Position numbers and translations under genes: made by a program. DNA of 64,000 nucleotides. Origin: Catajapyx aquilonaris. Lineage: Eukaryota. Position 1 is the stretch's first letter. Each line of letters opens with the position of its first letter. Shown here one piece after another: positions 12,182 to 26,100 of the stretch. The notes beneath the pieces are model-generated. The model ran no database searches and had not been told where the DNA came from. It saw only the letters and a program-made list of their open reading frames with translations. The DNA lies in the NCBI GenBank assembly GCA_000934665.2, contig JYFJ02000197.1:124001-188000 (forward strand), given 5' to 3'.

Positions 12182-15100
12182 TGGTAGAATGAATTATGGA
12201 TAAGTTATCAAAATTTACCGTTACCAACACAAATATTAACCATTAACATGAGGTATAATTCATAAAATATTAAAATGATAAAGTCACATTGCCTCTGACT
12301 CTCTGACTCCTAAGATAATTGCTCATGTTGTAATTTATTATAACCTTATAGGCTACTATTCCAATTTGGTTTTTGCACTGTCCATTCTTTCCAACTCCTA
12401 GAAATTTATATCTAGATTTCATATCATGCCCTGCGGTTCATCATCGAAGGAGAATGCCTTCAAAATGTACGATATATTTTTGTTTTGCGGAAAAAAAATC
12501 ATTTATCCTTGGATTAATTTTGCCATGCTGTTGTGTTTACTGCTTGGTATGAAAAAGTCGACAGTTATTTTTCTCCAGAGTACATTTTTTGTACATACGG
12601 GGTAACAGAGCAAATAATAAATAAAGAAAAATATGTTTCTAATTTGCACGCACAATACTGATTTTACGGTATGTTTCTACACCCTTGATGCAGTATACCC
12701 TTTCGCCATACATAACGTTAACAAGCCTAAGCCTAGGGGGGAATAAATAACAGTGCGTCTTTCCTCTGAACAGAGTAAGCGATGAAATTCTAACCTTATC
12801 CCCGTCATTAAACCTCTTTCCAACTCGAACCTCCAGAAATTTACAGCCTGGCAAATTGGGCCCATGAGCTTCGAAATATTTTCCGTCATTCAGGATCGAA
12901 ATAAGAGCGTTGAACGACTTGTGTGAACGGATCTAGTTAATAATCGTAATTATTAATTATAATTGCACGCTAAACGTGTTGAAGGGAGAGGAAAGGTTGA
13001 GGCGTAAATTATCCCCAAAAGCATTCGTGATTCTTCTCCCCCAACTAAATCATAGTTTCCGCCAGTTTTTTTTTCTTTCCATCGACTTGATACACGAAGT
13101 AACCATTTCTCACCCTCTATTTACCATCTGCCCAATATCAACCTGTAGAGAGGGGTTATTTTTCTATTAATTATACGGAGCAGGTTTTCTAGTTGCTGGT
13201 TGGGGTGAGGGGTGGTGGTGGGGGAAGGGAAGATGAGATAGATAGATTGTGTAATCGCGATCGCCTTCTGGAAACTGGAGTAATTGTGAATGAAAGGTAG
13301 ATCGTGAGTATGGGTTATGGATTAATTGCTTGGAGTATGACTCGTCCCATCTGTCATGTCTGCCTTCGGATCCATGCGTGTTCGTTGTAACACCACGAGA
13401 GATCCCAAACCTATCATGATATTCATTATTTATTCCCCTCCTGCCCAATGTTATTACATAACACGCATCATTAGTTCGCAAAATTGTATAGACCAGACTA
13501 TAGTAGTTCAAATGTAAATTCTAATTTTGTGACAAACTGTCAAAATAAATATGTTTGTTATCCAAGTCACACCTGGAATTTCTTACCTATGACCCCTGCT
13601 AGTATGACTGCATAGTCGCAATACCATCGTCGTCCTCGGCAGTGTGGGAAAGGGAGTAAAAATGGAATGCACCAAATCGGCCGAGTAGGTGCTCAGCCTT
13701 GTCGGATGATAAATTAGTTCGCCCCGCACACGAGCGATAACCTCTCGGAATTAAATATTAGAAAATCCCGAAGTTTCAAGGCAACAATAATTAGGTGTAC
13801 ACGTTGCCCTCTTTTCATTCCGACCTTACGTGTTCCGTCCGTCCCCTGCAGGCACTCACTGCACGATATCTGAAAGCCATGAAAAACGCTTAATCCTCCA
13901 TACACTTAAACGTGTAAATCAGTCTGTTCCCTTATTTTATTTTATTTTCCTATATATATAAAAATCGCTTCAGACTGAACTGATGAACACATCATCACGA
14001 TTCATGAAGTGGAACCCACTGATAGAATATATATAAAAAATAACTAGGAGGCCGCTCGTGGCGGGGATTCAGAAAAAGATCTTGATGGCGGGGATGGGCA
14101 GCCAGCAGCACGCGGCAGAGACAAACACCCAGCTACTGTTTATGCATGCTTCGATGCTATCGAGGAATTCTCCTCCCTTTTACTTTTTTATCTATTGCAT
14201 CTGGTGGGGACAAAACAATCGGGTACATTAGATGCGATAGGTTTGAGTGACATATGCAATCTGGACTTGTCAGGAATGTGACTATCACTCGGGTATTTCC
14301 AGGCATCCGCGGGGGATTCAATATTGGTTTTGACAGGTGGAATTTCATCTGGTTGATGGCGTCCGCCTCTTGTACTGCTCCGCCGAAGACCACCGTGGTA
14401 CAGCAGCATCGAATTGTGCACGGTAACAGTCAATTTTTCACATCCATTGTCGATATAGTAGATATCAATATTGGGTAAATATCGCCGGAAAATTCTGATC
14501 GCAATATGGTCATTAAATGTCAGATCAAATTGCAAACAACCTTGGTGGGGCACTATGTAATTGTGGTGAATCGTGCTTTACAATTATTATGGTTATGATA
14601 TTAATTTGCTGTTCACCAGGAAATAATAGGAGCATCATTTGATACGCCACCGACATCAACCGGAACTCGAGCCAGACCACAGTCATGTCGAGCTTCCATG
14701 TCACGAGGTCGCATTTTATCTCTTTTTGTGCATCCTTCATGACCAAAACATGACAATAGCGTCACGTGTGAATATGCTGAGATATGGCTGTGAATTGAAT
14801 GTTTGCGTGATCATAAATTGCGACTGTACCGGTACCATACCTGCAATAGATCTTCACTTTCATTGCGCAAATACCATTATGACTAGTCTGCGTACCAATT
14901 AAGCTCAAATTGCGTCAGTCCGAATAAATATTGACCTTGATGAGTAGTAACGTGGGAACTGTCACGTAAGATTCTACAGGTTCTGTCGAATGCGCTTTAA
15001 TGATTTTGTTGAATTTTTTTTTTTTTTTGTAAATTAGAACCAACATCCTGGGCTAGTCACAAGCCGTTTGCCTCCTGGTCATAAAGGTCTGAGGTCCGAA

Positions 15101-18100
15101 ATGCATTAGGAAGCAGTTAATGAATCTGGTTCCTGCATCACGCCCCCTGATTTCTTTGCAGTGAAACTGAGTTGGGGTTGAAGGGACGGAGGTTAGGTTG
15201 TTGGTCATCCAGCTGGTGTCACAGTCAGGAGTCCCCAATAAATCAACGAATTATCGCGCTGCTCTCCTTCCCCGATCTTGTCACCAGGAACACCGGTCTG
15301 GAACCAGGTGAGGAAGGGGACTTGGAAGAAGGGCCAGGCTGATCCAGGGGAGGAGTTAAAGAAAGATGAAGAAAAAAAACTTTGAAGAGGATCCCCCCTC
15401 TTATGCTTTATGGTTGCTCAGAGAACCGTGTCCAAGTTACACGATTTCTTTCCTAGAAACCAGATCACGACCAGGTCACGCAAGATTCCAACAACAAAAG
15501 TAAACATTGCGCTTCATATCAGAAGGGTGTTGGAGTTGGTCTTCATGGATTTTAGCGCGTGCCAAAGACTGAAATCGCCAACTCAAAACGAAGAGTGTCC
15601 TCCAGATCACACAATATGGCTCAAGTTGTACATAATAAATGTTGTCATTTCGGACATCAATGTTTCCAGTCCCATGGCTTATAACTAGTGCAAAATTCTT
15701 CAAGCTTCTAGGGCAAGGTTTTTTTTTGGGGCCTCTGTAGGATTCCCCCTCTTCTTGTCACAGAGACGGATGTTTGGAATCCCGTCAGGTTTTTCACTTT
15801 CAACCGCTTACAGCTCTGCTGCAATGAATAGATCCACCTCGCGCATACAAACTGTTCTTAATAAGGCAGAACCCAAATGACCCAGACGATATGCTTTTCT
15901 AGGCAAGGGCAAATATCTGGGTTCTTTTCTCCCGACTTCTTTTTTTGTTGTTATTTTGAAAAGGGGGGAGGGAGCAGGGGATTTTTTGGCATGGGGTAGA
16001 CACGTCAGTAAATTAGGTCTCAGTGGGGCAGACTTCAAGGAGTCTCAAGGATTCTTGGCAGACATTTTCCCCTCTTGTTGGAGGTATGCAGAAACAAACT
16101 GGGATGGACGTGGTATTCACTAAGGTCGTTTGTTTTTCGAAATAATTCAGGCGGCATGGTTGCCATACATTACGAAAAGTTCGTTATAAATTATTGTGCC
16201 TATCTGTCTTTTGTATCTGCAGTGCATTATCCTTGCGGCGATTGTGTCCAAGTCACTGGTTTTTTTTTTGTCCACAATGCACATTTCTCGCCTTTCCTCC
16301 TCCCATGCCCGAGGCCATCTTGCGGTAGTTAGTTGATAAGGCGGAAAATGCACTTTCCTCCTCGTCTGGCACTTACCTAACAACTGTCATTTTCAGGTCT
16401 AATTGTTACAATGGCCACAATGTAATGGATGAGGCGCCAGCAATTTGATACTATTAGGGCAGTTTGTGCAGACGTGATTTTTAGGAAGGATGTTGGACGA
16501 GGTGAGATCAAAGGCTCAGACATCAGCTGGGCGTCAAATGGAAGCTCTTCGGTAGTAATTTTGTGGGAGTGCATGATTACAATTCGTGACAACGACACGG
16601 CAAACTAAATGTCAATACGAATTCCTTGGACCAAACTGGATTGGGAGGACATTGTCCCCATACGATGAATAATTACTGTATCGAGGGTTACAAGTCTGCC
16701 TTACATGGCATAATTAATGACCGGTCATTAATACTTCATAGTTACGAAAAAATGTTCTAGCAGTGTTATTCGTTCACCGTGATGTGATTTGGTGACATTG
16801 CTACCTAGCTTGAGTCGTACTTATGAAATGGCAACGACAGTTACACGCATGATAATGTAACCGGGTTCGTTGTAATTCCCTTCCCATCCAGGGCGATTTA
16901 ACATTTGACTAGGCCTAGTCCCCCATAAATCCGAAGTCCACAAGCGCGGACTTCTTTTTGGAGGAGTCCGAGACCTAAGTCTACTCCGCGGGGGTATCTT
17001 TTAAATTATTCCCCAAGCCCTACCAATAAATCCATTACCACCCCTTTTGTCCGAATTGGACACGACCACTGCAGGGCGACCTGATCCAACCTGGATTCCA
17101 AAAGAGGGCGAAAATAATGGCTGCCCTGGGGGCAACCGGAAAGAAAAAAAAAAGAAAAAAAAGAAAAGTTTGCCTCGTATATGTTTGGTGCGTGGAGAAA
17201 ATGGAGCCAAAGCAACTGATGGAATCACTAAACTCCAACCTGGATCCATATTTCAGCCAGGGAGCAATTTCCACCTCCTAGTGAATGTCAGGTTGCCTGG
17301 CATAATTTAAAGAGTTGTTAGGCTTAGAAATTAACCGCTAATAACTCTGCGTTTGCCAGCAAGATTTATTGGGAATAAATTCTGGCTTTTATGTAAGGAC
17401 ACACGCTCGTGAAGGGACCTTTTTTCGTACATGATCATGTGCAGGATGCATGTTCAGGATAAATGCATTTGAGAGGTGCGCCTTTGTGGCATGGAATGAA
17501 TTAAACGACAACTAAGTTTAGGTCATAGGCGTGAGATTTGAAGTCAGATGTTTAATTAATAGGCTTTATTACGTTTCCTGTCCTGTACGAAGCTTATATT
17601 AGCTCAGTTCAAAAATGAATTATGTTCAAAAATTTGAACGACAAATGGGATTGCAATATTTTATTTGCTTTAAATTGAATATTCATATTGCTGAATATTA
17701 ATAAATGTCTATAAACATGTCGAAAAATAAGTACAGGAGACATGTACAGGAGGTTGACAAAACTTTTTACACTTACACACTACCTTTCTACCTCATGTTC
17801 AAAATAATACGAGCAATATGATTTCTCATAATATATATAATGAACTCGATTGTGTTTTGATTCAAGTCACTCACTTTCTAGCCAACCAGAGAGTTAAAAG
17901 AGGTCAATTATAGGATACGTCCGTTTCTAATACTGGAAATTATTTCAATTATTTGTTTTCTCATTTACCCCCATGCTCTTGGCATCATAAAGCAGCCTAG
18001 CGACCCCCATCTCATCCTCCTCTCCCCATGCATATGAAATGGCGTTCTTACCAATTATCGTCCGTCAAGGGAAAGGCGCATTAATCCCCCCACGTGTTTT

Positions 18101-19639
18101 TCAGCCTCAGACAACCATTACAAATCACTCGAGAGCTTGGCAAAACGGCGAACGATTTAAATTGGTGGTGATTTATCGGTTCACGGTGCGAACCACAAAA
18201 AAAAAGAAAACAAGAAGAAGCAATAGGAGAAGACGAAGAGTGTTGCAAGGAGTTAGCGACCGCAGAGACATCTTCTAACCATGCCCCCGAAATGCATATC
18301 GGGCTTGAGAATCCGGCCGTTAATCATTCTGACCTGGAGGGAATGGCTCCTCTCCCACTGTATCTAAATAAAAACGTTATACATGTAGCGAATGCGGCGA
18401 ATGCTGCATTAAGTGTCGAATTAATGCTGTTGTAACAGCCAGAAGAGAGTGTTGGATTGAAAATTGGGGGAGATAAGCCGGTGAAATGTGTCCCGGAGAC
18501 TGTGTTTTGCCTGCTAAGTGAGCGTCGGTCGTGATTCGGCCGGACTCCCAAAAATTCATATAAATCTAAGCGTAATTGGAAAAGTCGGAGAGTAGAGTTG
18601 GAAGAAAATGGTGGGGGTCAGGACGTATTTTGGAACCCGTTTTTCCTCACAGTCGTTTGAATGCATAGAGGGGTGTCTGCAGATATCAATGATTCTTTTC
18701 CGGAATATGACGCATTATTGCCAAATGAATGCGCTTGGTGAGAGTTGTGGATCTCGTTATATTTGCTTCCAAATGATGTATACGACTCTCGGTCTGAATG
18801 TTAAAATTTTTATTCCTGTAATGGCGCTGTGTCATTACCGGGCACGCCATGATGCCCATCGCATAAAATAGTTCCATAATAAATTTTTGAAGGCAATTTA
18901 GTGCACCGAGTCATTCATCTTCACTAACTTGACCCCCTTTTCCCCCCGACGAAGGTGAGTCGAAAGGGTGTGAGATCTTTTCTCCTGTCCAATTAAGGGA
19001 GTCGGGATGGTCCATATGAGTCGTGTGGGGGTCTTAGGTGCGGTTGTAAAGACGAGACCACCAAGTGGGGGTTTGGGGCGGTAATGATCTGGTCTGGCAG
19101 CTCGAGATACTCTTTGGAACGGAAGATAGATGAGTGTTAAATCCTCCTTCGCGCTTGCATTTCAAACTGTTTCATCCGTTTCTTTAGCGCGCTTCAAGTG
19201 CCGGAAAATCATGTGGTTCACATATGATGTAGACACACTGCTACCCATTATGAAGCGACACCACCCTGTACTTATATAAATAATCGCTGTGCCAAAAAAC
19301 GAAAAGGTACCACTTCTCAGAAAGGACATCATAGCGGGGTCGGAAATTCCCAGCAGGGTAAACGTCCTCAGGTTTTCTGAAGACACCCAGTGTTCTAGTC
19401 CTGGAGCCTTAAAAAATTCATTAGCATATAGGTCACCGCTAGACCAGCACTTGGCGATTTGTCACAGGCCCTAATTCCGCGTTATTTCGCGAAGGCGGCT
19501 AATGAAGGAAGCAATCCTCTTCCTACTTCGCCCAGGACCAAATGACTCCCGAAAGCCCGAGAAAAACAAATGAAGACGACCATCTTTGCAGCAGGAGGTC
19601 CCTCTCCAAAGTACACGTACCGTCACGGGAATCTGAATC

Positions 19640-20430
19640 TTATACGTGCATCTGGTCTCTTGGCATGGCTCTTCCTGCTTCTTTTTTACTCCTTAACCCC
19701 TTGGTGCACAGTCTTCTGAGCCACTTGGTTGATTTAACGCTCGTTCGCATTGGCGTTTACAGCATGTGCCTCATGCTTTTAATGTCGGTACACACTTCAA
19801 GAGAGCTTTTCTCTTCTATTTCCCCTTGGCCTCATGTGTGCCCTTCTTCGTACAGGGCTTCTGTATCTCCAAATGGGCTCTTGCACAAACACTCATCTGC
19901 CCATGTCCAATGCCGGATGAAAAGAAAAATTGTTCGTATTCCTTTCACGCATGAGAGACGTTTTCAACGCTAGTCTCACTGCTGTTTGTCCAATTAGCAC
20001 ATACAAGAACGGATTTTTTTATTGCGATGCCATTAACCCGTTGGGTTCTCAGACTCCTTTTTTGTCGCCTACATTCTGAGGTATGTACTCGACTGTTCTT
20101 GGTATCAGGGCATTGTTGTGTGGTAGGTGCAGAAGCTGGTGTGTACACAATGGAAGTGTGTCCACTTCAGTACAGCAGAACTAGCCTTGAGATCAGGTTA
20201 CATGAATCAGAGTGCTGTGCTGGAACATTGATACTTATGGCAGGCTGTATGTAAATTCCTGTCTCAAATCCCTTGAAGAGCATTCCCTATTTATGAATGA
20301 ACCGATGGAGTGTAGGTCAGTCAGGTCAATGTTGTGCATCTGTGACCTTAGCACCCAATGCAAGAAACGCACGACTTCCTCCTGGTGTAAATTACACTTA
20401 CCCCATACAATCATACATCACTCGCTGTGT
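19640..20430 (-). mobile_element. Decayed LINE ORF2 C-terminal remnant (RTE/RTEX-like, from memory of motif order)
   Basis: Frameshifted minus-strand peptide fragments in colinear order: RVMYDC/VWGKCNLHQEEVVRFLHWVL (~20350-20425), NW/TAVRLALK (~19960-19995), EIEEKSSLEVCTDIK (~19780-19820), KWLRRLCTKGLRSKKEAGR (~19670-19726). These resemble post-RT motifs YG.EVWG..RF...L, KSSL and WLR...GR(CP.C). Confidence 0.5.
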
Positions 20431-22810
20431 GTTAGTTGAGGACCAGGTGACGTAATGGAGTACCATACATACAGTGCCGTTGAGCTGGGAATACCTGGGT
20501 CGTAAAAGAGGGCTGTTCCTTACACCAGATATTATCGTAACCTACTCTAAACTAAGCCGGCGCCTCCGTGGTCACATTCGCAAATTATTTTCCTGTTTAC
20601 GACTCATCTTCAGCGTAAAAGATAAGTATAGGCAAAATTCCTAACGGTTCCGTAATGGAAAACGGCACGCCGTAACGTCGGCAGCGTGGTAATTGAATGT
20701 TTCCGCTCCCAGACAGAAGTAACTTCGGCGATCATTACACTACCTTCTATGTTTGCTTTCCAGTCTCTAATTAGACAAGGTCCAGGTTTAATTACTCAGT
20801 TTTTTTGCCCATAAAATTTAGAGGGCAGTAAAGAGGCCCAGGAACACAACCTCGCCTCGGTTCTAAATTCAACACGAAAGATAAATATCGAGAAGCACCC
20901 TCAGTGTTCATCCCCAATGGAACACAAACACTCAAACGCTATACTTTCACTGGCATCTGGTCTTCTTATATGAGCAGTTCAGTTCCGTTTTGCAAACCGA
21001 AGCACGTCGAAGTTTCAGTCCTATTTATACAGTACAACCCCGAGTGTGTGTCCTCAGATGCCCAAGGTAACTAATGCAATATTTTCCTCGAGCCAAATCT
21101 CATTGTACTGTATACTGCATGCGTGACGACATAACTACTGCAAGGAACCTTCGACTTCATTACTCTCCTCCTTGACAAATGATGATGGGCTCGGGAGCTT
21201 GGGAATGAACAGACCCCCGGGTATCTCCAACTGCTGGTAAAGAAAATAAAATGCGCGCGCACATACACACATGCAGATGAACATGCGATTTATTATGCTC
21301 AACTGAAGGTGAAATCTAATGTTACGCACGATGCATGAATTGTTATAATTACGTAACGTAGACTCTTGTAACACGACTAGATTGAGGATGCACTGGGTGA
21401 TTTACAGGTGTACAGCTCATATTTATGTAATCAGGAAGTTTCAGGTCCATATCGACATTGTTGCAAAATTAATCATTTTCTTACAAAATGTTGGGATTAA
21501 TATTCGTGCGTGATGTAAGCCAGATTGTCTGACCCTTATGATACGGATCACACGCCTTCTCAAATTAGTATTCATCTGGTTATCCACCTACGGCATTATT
21601 AGAATGAGAAGGGCGAAACCGTGTCGTGACAGCATTAACTGCTTCTCAAGGTTGAAGATGCTACCAAAATGGTCGCAGAGTCATCTCCCGGACATGTCAG
21701 TGCGAATTAGCATACTTATAATGATACAATCTGCAGGTTTGTCCCCCCTCTTCAAACAGCACCCGTGTACGTACTTACAGACATGTGTTATATCCATGTA
21801 TATTATTTCCTGGTATAAACCCAATCATGCTCCATCATGGATGCCCTTACAACCTTCGTGCAAATCAGACTTAACCTTCATCGATGATTGCCGGTGAAAG
21901 GGTGCTGATATGGTCCGGGATGAACATACCCCCTCCTCATTTCTCCCCCAGACCCTTACTCTTCTTCTCCCTATAGATACCACGAGGCCCGTTAACATCG
22001 GTATCATTTCACGACGAAACGATCCAGAAAGGGCCCAACTTCAAATTGAATCCGGGCTCGAATTACGATCCCTTGATTTATTTCCCCACGACTTTTACTG
22101 TAGTTGATTTCAGAATCGGTATCATCGGCACGGTTTATGATATACGGTGCCAGAGATGACCTGGTACGTCGCCCCGTTATTAATTCTACTGATGGGGTTC
22201 CACATGGGGACTCGGTGGTATGTGATGACTGCTTAGGTTTTGTAGGCAACATATATATGCCGGATATATGGCACTATTTCAAAAATGCTGTGGTTTTATT
22301 TTTACATAATTATTGGACTCACATTTTGAATGGGCTTTTTATGATCGTTTGGAGGTACAGTAAGTAATCGCTCATTTAGTGTGCCCCCTCTTTTTATGTG
22401 TTTGGCGAAGAGGTGAGGGGGAAGGGGGAGGGCCTGGTTAGAACTTGACGAAATTCTAAGGTTGTAATTAAGCAAGATGCTCATAATTTATAATCCAACA
22501 TCTTCCGCGCGCCATGGAGAAATTACAGGTTGCGTTCATTCTTCTCAGCATCCCCCTACCCCAACCTTTTCCTTCCCAACACTCCAGACCCCCCCCCCCT
22601 TTCCCTCATGAATATGAGCTGTAGTTTATTTACCCTGTTAAAAGATTGGTGTAATCTGAACGATTATTCCCTACAAGACGAGACCAGAAGTCACGCCGCC
22701 AGGTAATTGGGTAACCGATTTCGATGTGTGGGGTCACATTATATGAGCTTTTTTTTCTCTAGCAGATACGGTAGGCCCCATCAAGACAAATAGAGAAAAT
22801 ATAGAATGTT

Positions 22811-23109
22811 TGTTTTGTTTGTTTGTTTTGTGCTTTATTTAGTCCGTCGGCCTGCAGCTAATGCCGCTTGGCCGACCCTCCTCTTTCCTCACATGATTGC
22901 ATTTACATTTATCGACATTCTACATTCTACATTTACATTTTTTTACATAATTCCATTTTCTCTCACTCCCTCCCCCTGTCTCTCCAAAATTGCATCCCTC
23001 CTCTTTTTCACCACACCATACAAATACTTACACAGCGCACCCCTTTTTCTTACATTCTTTACAAAGCTATACACTTCCCCATCCTCCATCTCCTCCACCG
23101 CCGGTATCC
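22811..23109 (-). mobile_element. 5'-truncated non-LTR retrotransposon (LINE) 3' end with 16-bp TSD
   Basis: Perfect direct repeat GAAAATATAGAATGTT at 22795-22810 and 23110-23125. On the minus strand: an open frame RIPAVEEMEDGEVYSFVKNVRKRGALCKYLYGVVKKRRDAILERQGEGVRENGIM* (stop 22943-22945), a 3' UTR, a stem-loop (22846-22876), AATAAA (22834-22839) and a (CAAA)n tail. Confidence 0.85.
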
Positions 23110-26100
23110 GAAAATATAGAATGTTACACTATTGATAATTTGATTTGGTGTGTAAGATGTCAAACTGAATGTTTAGAGAATCATGACTGTTGCAGAATGC
23201 GTCGTGTTCAAAGCCAACTCGGACTTCTCCCATTATGTAGCATTATGGAAGAAAACAATGAGCTTTAAGTAATTTTCTGCTCTGCGCCTCGCCTGAGGAC
23301 AAAGGTGTTATCTGGCATAAAAATGAGCCGAGGACAATTTGTGCCGCGGAAAAAGTCATGGTAGGTCACAAGATCAAGTCAGAAGACTATTCTATTATAT
23401 TTCAATGAGAACTCTCCAGGTGATTGGGAGTCCAGATAACCCCATGCCTCAGACATGAAGACTGATACGGGAACCAACGGTTTTTTTTTGTTTCTTATAC
23501 CTTTTTTCCACTTCCCAAAAAATTATCTGGAGCTTGCTGTGGGTGAACCAAAACGAGGGAAGGATACCAATCATGGAGGCGTTATTTATGGGAGCTGCCA
23601 GAAAGAGGAATATTTTTCGGTTTCTCATTGGAGAAGACGTCGTGAGGTCATGCTGGTAGGAGAAAGGCGTTAAGAACTACTGAAATTTCGTGCTCCCTAA
23701 ATTAGGCGTAGAGAAGGATGCGGATATTTTCATCCGGATTTGCTTCACACTCAGTTTTTTTCGCCCCTGGGGCAATGCACACATTTTATAAACGCCTACC
23801 TGCATTTTGCATTGCATGTAGAGTGTAGACCCTAATAACAGGAAGCAGTACTTTTTGCATGAAGCTTCGCTGATAGCAACATGTACGTATCATGCCTATT
23901 TAATATCTTATTACAAAATAATTTTGGTACTATTTTAAGCCAGCCGTTAAACTATCACTAAATGAATAGATTATAGGGCCAAGTTCGGCAAACAAAATAA
24001 TAACCCGCAGACATCCTTGTTCCAAAAGCCACAAGAAGTAGCCAGAGAGTTGTGAAGGCAAGAAGTAGTGTAATGGATTTGTTATCGTGACACACTCCTG
24101 TAAATACTGCTCCGAAACCTGTGCACTAACATCCATCTCATGCTTGACCAGCCTAATGGATAATCTGAAGGCACTGGAACGCTATAATTGAATACATTAG
24201 AAAAAAAAGAGGAGAAAACAACAGGGCCTCCCAGATCGTCTCTCCGGCTGGTCCGTCCTTCAAAGACCGGAGTCAAAAGGAACAGCCTTCGCTATCATCA
24301 TTAACCTTAATGTCTTCTTAATTTCTCCCATTCCGGAGGCTGGGGGGAAAAACGAGGCCGGAGTCTGTGTGCCGTGACTGACTATTAATATCCGAATGAA
24401 GGAAATATGGTGGCAATTCTCTCTCACGATGAGCAAAAAGGGCGTCGAACAAGGACAACATCCCATCAGCCCACTACCAATCACCATATTGAAGCCTTGA
24501 ATCGGTGAAGCCTCCCTTTACCTTTATTAAGTATAGCAAGGTCAAAAGTTTATCTTGACTCACCGTTGGTTTATTACTATTTTACATTTCCTGCGATGAG
24601 GCATGCTCCGGTACCGGGTGAGTCACACAGTTCCTGATATCTGTGATGGCGAATTTTACAGGTCGAATATTGCACTCCTCCCACAGTTCGGCAACATATA
24701 ATCATAGAAGACGATAATTGCTAACAATATTTTTGCGGGCGTCGCCTTGTTTACTGATATACGTACCAGAGAGATGAAAACGTGATAGGTCTACTTGTTA
24801 TTTGAACAGAAAAGATGCGTCAGCTAGAATGTATATAGTGCACGCCTGGGTGCAAGGTTGCACATAATATTAAGATGCTGCCAGGGACTACATGTTTGTC
24901 CATATCAACTTGGGCAAAATACCTACATTTTTCATCCGGATTCGCATATCTCACAACTGCAAAAACCAGAATCATCAATGGCAAAGGTCGCTGTTCACCA
25001 TTCATGGATAAAAAACCAGATCCAGATAAACAATATATATAATTCCCGCTCGAGAGAAGATCTGGAAGCGAAAACGAAAGTTGGCCGTGCTTTTAGACCT
25101 TGACTTCTTCAGGAAGAAAATCCCGTTCCTTCGGACTTCAACATCGACATTGCACCAAGGCCGAACTCAGAGGATAAACGCCAATATAAACACAAACTGC
25201 AACAGCCGTCAAATAAGGCGTAATGTTGGTGGGAATACACCGATGCGTGCTCAATCGTGAAAGAGAAAATCGTAAGCTGCACCTTTGTCATGGTCACGGC
25301 AGCCCACGTCCTCCTCGTCCTTTTTCCGAAGAAGAATTCGCTTCTTGCCCTTCGGCGGAACAAAAGCCTTGGAACTGGAGCACTTTCCCTGGGACCTAGA
25401 AAAAAAGAGAAATAATAGAAAGTAATTTGCACATGCAAATGTTACGGTGTGGTTACGTAATATTTTGGAGGCCTTCTTCGCTCCGTTTTTGCAGAGACCC
25501 ATTTGCACAATGGGTGGGGCTCGACACTTGCTGGCTGAGGAATTTGTCAGGATGTTGTCAGCGCGGATTCGTGTCAGAAGCTCTGTTCTGAATGGGTAAT
25601 TGAGACGAATGGCGCAGTAAAAAGATCTAATGTGATGCTGACAATGTTTTGGAATCATGACGTGTTTATTGAGCAGAAATTTGGTGATGGAACGATCTAC
25701 GTTCTATATCCATCATGTCAGCAGTGCTAGAAAGCATGGCTTCCAGCGATAGTATATTAGCCTATTGATTTTAAGCGTAGATTTGGCCGCCTGATAAGGC
25801 ACCAGAAAGACTTATTGATAATTAAACACTTCTATTGTCTCTCCCCCAGCTTGAGCGAAGTAGGCTAATTGAGCGCCCACGACGACGTCCATTCTTCGCT
25901 AGAGCCACAATCCATCAGTCTTCGGTTAGTAACAAAAGCACGTGCCCCACGGGATTAAAGCACCCGCTCCTTAGGTTAGTTATTAAGGCATTTTTCAACT
26001 TCTGCACCTTCGTGATCAAGCTGGACCTGCTGGCCAACCATCCCTGGCTATAACTTTGTATAGGCAGAACCATGGGCCACACACACATGCACGTGCGGTT

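Noticed and set aside
20484..20503. CTGGGAATACC resembling the 5S rRNA 3' end
   Set aside because: Only ~11 bp match, with no upstream 5S sequence.
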